The translations under genes were made by a program, and so were the position numbers. DNA of 64,000 nt from Candidatus Methylomirabilota bacterium (lineage in GTDB: Bacteria; Methylomirabilota; Methylomirabilia; Rokubacteriales; CSP1-6): positions 8,330 to 72,329 of the forward strand of contig JBKPAK010000013.1 of NCBI GenBank assembly GCA_046726415.1, given 5' to 3'. The notes under the pieces are model-generated. The model was given only the letters and a program-made list of their open reading frames with translations. It was not told the DNA's origin and did not search any database. The number at the start of each line of letters is the position of its first letter. Within the stretch, counting starts at the first letter, position 1. This document shows positions 56,696 through 64,000 of the stretch, piece after piece.

Positions 56696-57059
56696 GATCT
56701 CTTCCTCTACGATGCGGTGCGGGCGAGGCGGTGCCGGCCAATTCCAAGGCGCCCGTCACGATCGCCCGTCGACGGAAATGCGGGACTACTACCACTTGTG
56801 TCGTGCCTGTCCCATTTAGGGCCAATGAGACCCCGAAAACGTGCCGCGCTGGGAGACGATCACCCTGACGCCACCGGGGTCGTTCTGTCAAGCGCGCAGA
56901 AACTCATCTTTCTTTCTCCAGGCGATCAGCCGGTCTTCCCGGCGTGCACAGGGACGAGCAAGAGCCCTGCCAAGGGAGACGACCACAGTGGCGGTGGTAG
57001 ACGGCGGCGCCGACCCGTGCCCGCGAGGCCGCCTAACCATCGAGGTGCCACTCACTCTC

Positions 57060-57295
57060 CCCGCGGCTCTGACCGGTCTGGCCAGCAGCCGATCGACGAC
57101 GGCCGGAGAGACGTGCTGGCCGAACAGATTGATCACGCGCTCGCGGGCCTCGGACTCGGCGACCACCCGGGCGAAGGTCCTGCGCAGACGGAGCGCCACC
57201 AGCCCGGCCACGATCCCCGCCGCAACCATGATGGTCGCCCTTCCGCCGTGGTAGATCAGTCGCAGGCTACAGGACCAGAGCCCGGGCGAACGACG
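57060..57295 (-). pseudogene. Fragment of a membrane-bound class III adenylate/guanylate cyclase (last TM plus helical linker)
   Basis: AGIVAGLVALRLRR..ERVINLFGQHVSPAVVDRLL is the typical pre-catalytic segment; no catalytic domain follows. Confidence 0.6.
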
Positions 57296-57301
57296 GCATG
57301 A

Positions 57302-58393
57302 CTACTCCTCGATCAGCACGCAGTGCTGGGGCTCGGCGGTGACGAACACCTCATCGCCTTCGGCCAGGGGATCGGTGGCGGCCGAGCGCACGATGAGCTG
57401 GCGGCCGTCCCAGTCGACGTGATACTGCGTGAAGTCGCCCTGGAACACGCGCTGCCGGATCCGGCCTGGCCACGCGTTGACTTGGGTGAGTGGCCGCGCG
57501 CGGTCGAGGCGGAGTCGGACGGTGCGGATGGCCATGAGCGCCTCGGCTTCGACCCGGCGGTCGAGGGGGGTGCCGAGGACGAGGGTCCCTCCGGCCGTCT
57601 GTATGACGATCAGTCCGTCGCGCTCCAGATCGGGCCGGCGGCGGCCTCGGATCAGATTGGCCGACCCCACGAAGTCGGCGACAAAGGTGTTGCGAGGCCG
57701 GTCGTAGATCTCGGCCGGTGTGCCCACCTGCTCCATGATGCCGTCGCGCATCACCACCACCCGGTCAGAGATGGCCAGCGCCTCCTCGAGGTCGTGCGTC
57801 ACATACACCGAAGTGATGTCGAGGCGGCCCTGGAGCTCCTTGAGCTCGACCCTCATCTCGGCGCGCAGCTTGGCGTCGAGGTTCGAGAGCGGCTCGTCGA
57901 AGAGGAGGACGGTCGGCGAGAAGGCGAACGCGCGGGCGAGCGCCACCCGCTGCTGCTGGCCCCCCGAGAGCTTGGATGCGCTGCGGGTGCCCAGATCACC
58001 GAGCTGGACCAGCTCGAGGGCCTCGCGCACACGTGAGGCCACCTCGGCCTCCGGCCGTCGCCGCACGCGGAGGCCGTAGGCCACGTTGTCGAGCACGGTC
58101 ATGTGGGGCCAGATCGCGTAGGACTGGAAGACCATCGAGAGGCCACGGCGCTCGGCCGGGACGTGCACGCGCCGCGAGGACGAGAACACCGGGATCCCGC
58201 CGATCCGGATCTCACCCGAGGTTGGCTGCTCCAGCCCGGCGATCGCCCGGAGCGTCGTCGTCTTGCCGCAGCCTGAGGGCCCGAGCAGGGTGAGATGCTC
58301 GCCGGCACCGACGGTGAAGGTCACTCCCCCCACGGCCACGACTGAGCCGTAGCGGACGACCAGATCACGGACCTCGATCGACGCCTGGCTCAT
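57302..58393 (-). CDS. ABC transporter ATP-binding subunit (FbpC/PotA class)
   Basis: [42 protein letters not shown] tail. Confidence 0.96.
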   Translation of the reverse strand: MSQASIEVRDLVVRYGSVVAVGGVTFTVGAGEHLTLLGPSGCGKTTTLRAIAGLEQPTSGEIRIGGIPVFSSSRRVHVPAERRGLSMVFQSYAIWPHMTVLDNVAYGLRVRRRPEAEVASRVREALELVQLGDLGTRSASKLSGGQQQRVALARAFAFSPTVLLFDEPLSNLDAKLRAEMRVELKELQGRLDITSVYVTHDLEEALAISDRVVVMRDGIMEQVGTPAEIYDRPRNTFVADFVGSANLIRGRRRPDLERDGLIVIQTAGGTLVLGTPLDRRVEAEALMAIRTVRLRLDRARPLTQVNAWPGRIRQRVFQGDFTQYHVDWDGRQLIVRSAATDPLAEGDEVFVTAEPQHCVLIEE

Positions 58394-58394
58394 C

Positions 58395-59590
58395 TCATTC
58401 CCCCCCTTGCTGGACGGCGCGCCGGGCTACCGTGAACAGGAGGGCGAGCGCCGCCGCCACCGCCAGCGTCTGAAGCAGGGCCATGGCCGCAGTGAGCTCG
58501 CTGCTCGTCGAGAACCAGGACTCGACGATGGCGGGCGTGATGACCTTGGCCTTGGGTCCCATCAACAAGATCGACGCGCCCAGCTCGCGGACGCTGGCGA
58601 TGAACAGGAGGAGCCACGCTGCGACCAAGCCGGGCCGGAGGAGGGGCACGGTGACGGTACGCAGGCGATGGCCCCACGTCGCCCCACACATTTGGGCGCA
58701 TTCCTCGAGCGATCGGTCGATCTGGAGAATGACGCCCGAAATGGTCCGGAGCCCGAGGGGCAGGAACACCGTGAGGTACGCGATGAGGAGGAGCCACAAG
58801 GTACCGTAGATCGGAATTGGGAAGACCAGCCACGCCCATAGCATCCCGAACGCGAAGACGAGGCGGGGCACCGCCTGTGGAAACATGAGCAAGTACTCGA
58901 TGGCGCCGACGCCGGGCAGTCGCGACCGGTAGATCAGCCACGAGAGGAATCCCATCAGAAGAACGCCGATGCTCGCGGTGCCGAGGCCCAGGAGCAGGCT
59001 GTTCCAGAGCGCCGACCGCACCGCGTCCAGGGACAGAGCGGTGGCGTAGTTGGCCAGGGTGAAGTTGTCCGCGCGGGGAAACACGGTGGTACAGGCGCTG
59101 GAACGAGGCGTACACGATAGTGAGCACGGGCAGGATCACGGCCACGGCCAGTTAGGCCACGCAGGCGACGAGAAGCGTGAAGCGCAGGCGTCCGACGTCC
59201 ATGACCCGAGGCCGGAACGCCTTCCCCGTGATGGTGACGTAGCTGCCCGCCGTCACGATGCGGCGGTAGGCCCACACCATCGCGAACATCACCGCAAACA
59301 GGGACACGCCCATGGCCGCCGCGATCGGGAAGCGCGGCGGATACTGGGACACGAGCTGGTACATGGCTGTGGTCACGACGTAGAAGCGACTGGGGAGCCC
59401 GAGTACGAGCGCCGCCGAGAACGAGCCCAGCATCTCGGCGAAGACGAACACCGCCGCCCCGAGCACGCCGGGCAGAACCAGCGGCAAGGTGGCGATTCTC
59501 CTCGCCACCGTAGCATAAGGCAGGAGGCGGCACCGGGCCATGGTGGCCGGCTTGAACACCGAGGCTCTCGCGGCGAAGATGGCGTCTCAT
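58395..59590 (-). pseudogene. FbpB-type ABC permease, 5'-truncated with a nonsense codon and a frameshift
   Basis: RRIATLPLVLPG..ACVA* (stop at 59152), LAVAVILPVLTIVYASFQRL, then frameshift to VFPRADNFT..SLEECAQMCGA (EAA motif). Confidence 0.85.
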
Positions 59591-60665
59591 GACCGAGACC
59601 GGTGCGTCGCTGCCGTGCCCTGATGCGGACCGCTCCGTCCACCGCGACGGCCGACTGCCGCGGTTCGGGGTCTTCCTGCCCGCATACGTGCTGCCCGGCG
59701 CTCCGCCCCCCTCCGGCCACTCACTGACCGATTACGCGCGCCAGGCCGAGGCGGTGGGCTTCAGCAGCGTGTGGGTCTTCGACCATCTGTTCGACGCGCC
59801 GCCATCCTACCGGGCAGTGTTCCTCGAGCCCGTCACCACGCTGGCCTTGGTGATCTCGGTCACTCAGCGGGTGCGGCTGGGGACCGGAATCCTCGTTCTG
59901 CCATTGCGCGATCCAGTGGTCACCGCCAAGGCGTTCGCGAATCTCGATCTCATGTCCGACGGGAGGTTGGTGTTTGGGGTGGGCGTCGGCTGGGACGAGC
60001 GGGAATTCCGCGCCTGCCAGGTGCCAAAATCAGAGCGCGGCCGCCGCATGGACGAGGCCCTCGAGATCATCAAGGGGCTCTGGACGGAAGAGGTGTTCTC
60101 CTATCGCGGAGGGATCTTCACGGTGCCGGAGGTCCGGCTGGTGCCGAGGCCGGTTCAGCGTCCCCATCCACCGATCTGGCTCGCCGGGGGAACCGTGCCC
60201 GCTGGCACCAGTAGGCATATCACCTCGAGCCCGGGCTACACATACGAGGCCTCGATCCGGCGAGCCGGACGCCTGGGGAACGGCCTCATGACCGCCTACC
60301 GCTCGGCCCCGGGTACTGACACGACGGAGCTCGTCCGCACGCGCGGGTTGCTCGAGGCCGAGGCCCGGGCCGCTGGACGGGATCCCACCAGTCTCACGCT
60401 CGCCCACCACGATCACGTGCATATCGATCTCGATCCCACCACCGCGCGTCTGCGCGAGGTGCTCGGCCGATTCAGCTACAACCGCCTCGAGGACAGCGCA
60501 TCGATCTACCTCATGGGCCACCCTGAAGAGCTGATCCCGCAGTTCCAGGCGCGCATCGATGCTGGAATCGACGAGCTGACCTTCAACCTCATGACCCCCG
60601 ACCCCCGGCAGCTCGATCTCTTCGCGACGCGGATCCAGCCCCACCTCCGGCCGCGCTGCTCCTGA
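59589..60665 (+). CDS. LLM-class flavin-dependent oxidoreductase
   Basis: AEAVGFSSVWVFDH, RLGTGILVLPLRDP, GRLVFGVGVGW, PRPVQRPHPPIWLAG. Confidence 0.95.
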   Translation: MTETGASLPCPDADRSVHRDGRLPRFGVFLPAYVLPGAPPPSGHSLTDYARQAEAVGFSSVWVFDHLFDAPPSYRAVFLEPVTTLALVISVTQRVRLGTGILVLPLRDPVVTAKAFANLDLMSDGRLVFGVGVGWDEREFRACQVPKSERGRRMDEALEIIKGLWTEEVFSYRGGIFTVPEVRLVPRPVQRPHPPIWLAGGTVPAGTSRHITSSPGYTYEASIRRAGRLGNGLMTAYRSAPGTDTTELVRTRGLLEAEARAAGRDPTSLTLAHHDHVHIDLDPTTARLREVLGRFSYNRLEDSASIYLMGHPEELIPQFQARIDAGIDELTFNLMTPDPRQLDLFATRIQPHLRPRCS

Positions 60666-60771
60666 TGCCGTCGGGAGCCCGGGCGTCATATCGGGTGTGC
60701 CTGCTGGCCTTCACGCTGAAGACCGCGTGGTCGGGAGTCGAAGGAGCGAGCCTGGCAATGGCCTTGGCCAC

Positions 60772-62046
60772 GTGATGATTGGTGTGCGCGGCGCGCTGGT
60801 TTTCGGGTGTCTTGCGGCGCTCGTGGCCACGGCGGGTGTCATCCCTCCCGCTGGAGCCAGCGCCGATCGCGTCTCAGCGCTCGTGCCGGTCGACAGCGAG
60901 GCGCTGTCGCTCCTGGACGATGGCGATCCGCAGTCTCTGCGGGAGGCGATCCAGCAGACCTTGAGCTGGCTGACGCGGCAGCCGTCCAGCCAGCGGATCA
61001 TCTTTGGGCCTCGGACGGTGACCATTGCCGAGCAGATCCAGGCCTTCCGCCGCATGCTCGAGCTTCTCGCCGACGAGCCATCGGCCGAGGTGCTGGAGGA
61101 GCGCGTGTTGGCCGAGTTCGACCTTCTCAAGAGCGTCGGGCGCGACGACGGCGCGATGCTGGTCACGGCCTACCATGAGCCCATCATCGACGCCGCTGAC
61201 GCTCCAAGCGTCGAGTATCGCGTGCCCATCCTCGGGGTTCCCCGGGATTTGGCCGCGGCGAGCCGAAGATCGTACTGGACCCGAACTGAGATCGAGCAGG
61301 GACGCCTCGGCGATCTGGCCCGGCCGCTGGCCTGGGCGCGCGATCCGCTCGACGTGTTTTTCATGGAGATCGAGGGCAGCGGGACTCTGCGCCTTCCGAG
61401 TGGTCGCGAGCTCCGCGTGGGGTATGGCGCGACCAATGGCCGTCTATACCGGAGCATCGGTCGCCTGCTCATCGAGGAGGGCAAGATCACCCGCGAGTCG
61501 ATGACGATGAGAGTGCTCCGAAAGTGGCTCACCGCACACCCCGAGGAGCAAACGCGGGTTCTTCGGCACAACGAATCCTACGTCTTTTTCCGCCTGCTCC
61601 CCGGCACGCCCGTCGGTAGCCTCGGGGTGACGCTCACCCCCCGGCGCTCCATTGCCACCGACCCGCGAGTTTTCCCGAGGGGGGCGCTCGCATTCATCCG
61701 AACCATGCGCCCCGTGGAGATGCCGGAGGGGCTGATCGGCTGGAAACCGTTCCGGCGCTTCGTCATCAGCCAGGACGCCGGTGGGGCCATCCGAGGCTCC
61801 GGGCGCGTCGACATTTTCTGGGGAAGAGGCCCCGAGGCCGACCTCGCCGCCAGCGACATGAAAGAGGCCGGCGAGCTCTACTTGGTCGTGCCCAAAGTGA
61901 AGAGGGCCAGCGCGGGCTCGCCGCGGGGCCGCCGAGCCCGATGTTGCGAGAGGCCTCCGAGTCTCCCGCCTCCAGGACCTGCCGATCGCGATGCCGGGGC
62001 TCACATCCTGCCTGAGGAGCTCACCCTGGATCACCCAGGCCGCTGA
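60772..62046 (+). CDS. mltA: Murein lytic transglycosylase MltA (MltA plus 3D domains), with an atypical C-terminal extension
   Basis: TAYHEP, FFMEIEGSG, GYGATNG..YRSIG, NESYVFF, RSIATDP, QDAGGAIRG..RVDIFWG. Confidence 0.9.
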   Translation: MMIGVRGALVFGCLAALVATAGVIPPAGASADRVSALVPVDSEALSLLDDGDPQSLREAIQQTLSWLTRQPSSQRIIFGPRTVTIAEQIQAFRRMLELLADEPSAEVLEERVLAEFDLLKSVGRDDGAMLVTAYHEPIIDAADAPSVEYRVPILGVPRDLAAASRRSYWTRTEIEQGRLGDLARPLAWARDPLDVFFMEIEGSGTLRLPSGRELRVGYGATNGRLYRSIGRLLIEEGKITRESMTMRVLRKWLTAHPEEQTRVLRHNESYVFFRLLPGTPVGSLGVTLTPRRSIATDPRVFPRGALAFIRTMRPVEMPEGLIGWKPFRRFVISQDAGGAIRGSGRVDIFWGRGPEADLAASDMKEAGELYLVVPKVKRASAGSPRGRRARCCERPPSLPPPGPADRDAGAHILPEELTLDHPGR

Positions 62047-62066
62047 CTGAGAGGAGAATCCATGCG

Positions 62067-62190
62067 ATGACCAGGGACCTCGAGCTGCCGCTTCCCGATC
62101 TGGGCCTGAGCGCCGCCGAGGCGGACGAGCGCTTCGCACGGCTGCAGACGAGGCTGATTCCCCTCTGGAAATCGATCCAGGCATTCAACG
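62067..62190 (+). pseudogene. N-terminal fragment, possibly of a PGM1-related ATP-grasp peptide ligase
   Basis: Strong RBS then MTRDLELPLPDLGLSAAEADERFARLQTRLIPLWKSIQAFN, after which the similarity I recall stops; family call from memory. Confidence 0.35.
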
Positions 62191-62307
62191 TGCCGCACCT
62201 TTCCCCTGTGCGAGTCGCCATGAAACGCACGCAGGCCGGGTCGCGCACGGCCGTGGGGTCTGGGCGAGCATTCGGCGACCCGCGCGCCTAGCCGACTCCC
62301 AACCCGC

Positions 62308-63162
62308 ATGGAATTCTGGGTCGCGCAGCTCTTCAACGGAGTGTCCTACGGTGCCCTGCTGTTCCTGTTGGCCGGAGGCCTGACCCTCATCTTCGGGATG
62401 ATGCGGATCGTCAACATGACCCACGGCTCGCACTACCTGCTCGGCTGCTACGTCGCCGTGACGCTCTTGACCCGCACCGGAAACTATCCCTTGGCGCTCT
62501 TGGGCGCGGCGCTGGTCATCGCGATCCTCGGCGTGATCGAGTGGGATCGCTTCGTCAAGGTGCTGAGCGGGCAGGAGCTGGCCCAGGTGCTGACGACGAT
62601 GGGTCTGGCCTTGATCTTCCAGGATCTGGCCCTCCTGACCTGGGGGGGCGACCCCTACAACGTGAGAGTTCCGGCATGGCTGTCCGGGCGGTATCAGCTC
62701 GGCATCTTCGCCTTTCCGGTCTATCGGGTCTTCATCATTGCCGTGGCCGCGGCGGTGGCGGTGGTCCTGTGGGTGGTGGTCGAGCGGACGCGAGTCGGCG
62801 CCATGATGCGGGCGGCAGTCGACGACGCGGAGATGGCCCGAGGAGTCGGGATCAACGTCTCCAGCATCTCGGTGGGGATCTTCGCGCTTGGCGCCGCCTT
62901 GGCCGCGGTGGCCGGCGTCGTGGCGGGAGGCTTCCTGGGTGTGTATCCCGGCGCCGACTTCGAGATTCTGTCCTATGCGTTCGTGGTCATCATCGTGGGT
63001 GGCATGGGAAGCCTGAAGGGCGCAGTGGTTGGAAGCCTCCTGGTCGGACTCCTCGACAATTTCGGCAAGGCCCTCTTCCCGGAGCTGTCGTACTTCACGC
63101 TCTTTGCCCCGATGGCGGCCATTCTGGCCGTCCGCCCCACGGGGCTGTTCGGGCGGGCCTAG
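62308..63162 (+). CDS. livH: Branched-chain amino acid ABC transporter permease (LivH-like)
   Basis: NGVSYGALLFLLAGGLTLIFG..NMTHG, RTRVGAMMRA, AFVVIIVGGMGS, VRPTGLFG. Confidence 0.95.
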   Translation: MEFWVAQLFNGVSYGALLFLLAGGLTLIFGMMRIVNMTHGSHYLLGCYVAVTLLTRTGNYPLALLGAALVIAILGVIEWDRFVKVLSGQELAQVLTTMGLALIFQDLALLTWGGDPYNVRVPAWLSGRYQLGIFAFPVYRVFIIAVAAAVAVVLWVVVERTRVGAMMRAAVDDAEMARGVGINVSSISVGIFALGAALAAVAGVVAGGFLGVYPGADFEILSYAFVVIIVGGMGSLKGAVVGSLLVGLLDNFGKALFPELSYFTLFAPMAAILAVRPTGLFGRA

Positions 63163-63165
63163 CGC

Positions 63166-64000
63166 GTGGACGGCGCGGCCGCGGTCGGCTGGCGGCGCCT
63201 CGGATTCGCGATTCTCTTGCTGCTCCTCGCGGCCGCGCCGCCGTTCCTCCCGCCGTTTCTGCTCACCTTGCTGACGCAGACCCTCATTTATTCGATCCTC
63301 GCCATGAGCCTCGACCTCATCCTGGGCTACACGGGCCTGTCGTCCTTGGGACACGCCGCCTACCTCGGCCTCGGCGCCTACAGCGTCGGCATTCTCGCCA
63401 CGCGGCACGGGGCCAGCTTCGGCACCACGCTCGTCGTCGGTCTCCTGCTGGCCGCCGCGGTGGCTGCGATCTTCGGGCTGGTCGCTCTCCGCGCGACGGG
63501 CGTGTACTTTCTGATGATCACCCTGGCCCTCGGCATGGTGGTCTGGGGGCTCGCCAACCGATGGGTGTCGCTGACCCAGGGCGACAACGGCATCGCTTCG
63601 ATTCCGCGCCCCGATCTGGGTCTGCCCTGGTCGTTCGCCAGGGCGATTCCCTTCTACTATCTGGCCCTCGCGGGCTTCGTCGTGGCCTTTGCCGTGTTGC
63701 GCGTCATCGTCCGTTCGCCGTTCGGGCACACCCTGATCGGCATCCGGGAGAGCGAATCCCGCATGCGCACGCTCGGCTACCACGTGTGGCTCCACAAATA
63801 CATGGCATTCCTGATCTCGGGCATCGTCGGCGGCTTCGCCGGGGTGCTCTGGGCTTACTACAACGGCTTCGTATCGCCCTCGGACCTGGATTTGGCCGTG
63901 TCCATCGAGACGCTTCTGATGGTTGCCTTGGGCGGTCGCGGCACGCTGCTGGGCGCCACCCTGGGAGCCGCGGTGATCGTGCTCCTCAAGAACCTCGTGT
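63166..64000 (+). CDS. livM: Branched-chain amino acid ABC transporter permease (LivM-like), 3' partial
   Basis: ILAMSLDLILGYTGLSSLGHAAYLG, GVYFLMITLA, SPFGHTLIGIRESE; runs off the window end. Confidence 0.93.
   Translation, partial: MDGAAAVGWRRLGFAILLLLLAAAPPFLPPFLLTLLTQTLIYSILAMSLDLILGYTGLSSLGHAAYLGLGAYSVGILATRHGASFGTTLVVGLLLAAAVAAIFGLVALRATGVYFLMITLALGMVVWGLANRWVSLTQGDNGIASIPRPDLGLPWSFARAIPFYYLALAGFVVAFAVLRVIVRSPFGHTLIGIRESESRMRTLGYHVWLHKYMAFLISGIVGGFAGVLWAYYNGFVSPSDLDLAVSIETLLMVALGGRGTLLGATLGAAVIVLLKNLV

Noticed and set aside
62185-63795. 536-aa minus-strand ORF, and similar long antisense ORFs such as 20054-21529, 28898-30193 and 44312-45556
   Set aside because: Shadow frames of well-supported genes on the opposite strand, as expected in high-GC DNA.
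1-64000. rRNA, tRNA, CRISPR arrays, prophage or defence systems
   Set aside because: No supporting sequence was recognised.

Overview
GC-rich bacterial DNA, plausibly Ca. Rokubacteria/Methylomirabilota-like (inferred only from gene style and the flanking Liv/LLM genes). Positions 1 to about 56.7 kb form one very large Wzx/Wzy-type exopolysaccharide (EPS) locus. The left arm (+) holds a sigma54-activator tail, the Wzc-N co-polymerase, a degenerate GGDEF protein, a Gfo/Idh/MocA oxidoreductase, a GGDEF-fused priming glycosyltransferase and a NodU/SxtI carbamoyltransferase with SxtJ and SxtK/DUF5989. A roughly 38-kb minus-strand run starts at a sigma54 promoter and a NusG-family antiterminator. 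It carries rfbF/C/G-type sugar genes, a flippase, two CheR-fold methyltransferases flanking a pyruvyltransferase, a complete carAB, DegT, glycosyltransferases, three deacetylases, an AsnB-like protein, FemAB/GNAT proteins, a NodS-like methyltransferase, Wzy and an SGNH protein. The right arm holds a pseudo-receiver sigma54 activator, an ExeA-like ATPase, a BY-kinase, a beta-barrel and a short OPX. IS701, IS21, IS110 and IS630 remnants and several gene fragments are interspersed; the last 7 kb are transport and housekeeping genes, some broken. The best candidate for an undescribed system is an MBOAT-free envelope carbamoylation relay: CarAB, then NodU/SxtI, then SxtJ plus a DltX-like micro-protein ending in FIYTLF, then an SGNH transferase acting on the polysaccharide. 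Also notable are CheR-fold enzymes apparently repurposed for glycan methylation and a possible c-di-GMP checkpoint on the priming transferase. All family calls come from motif recognition by eye; no database searches were run.
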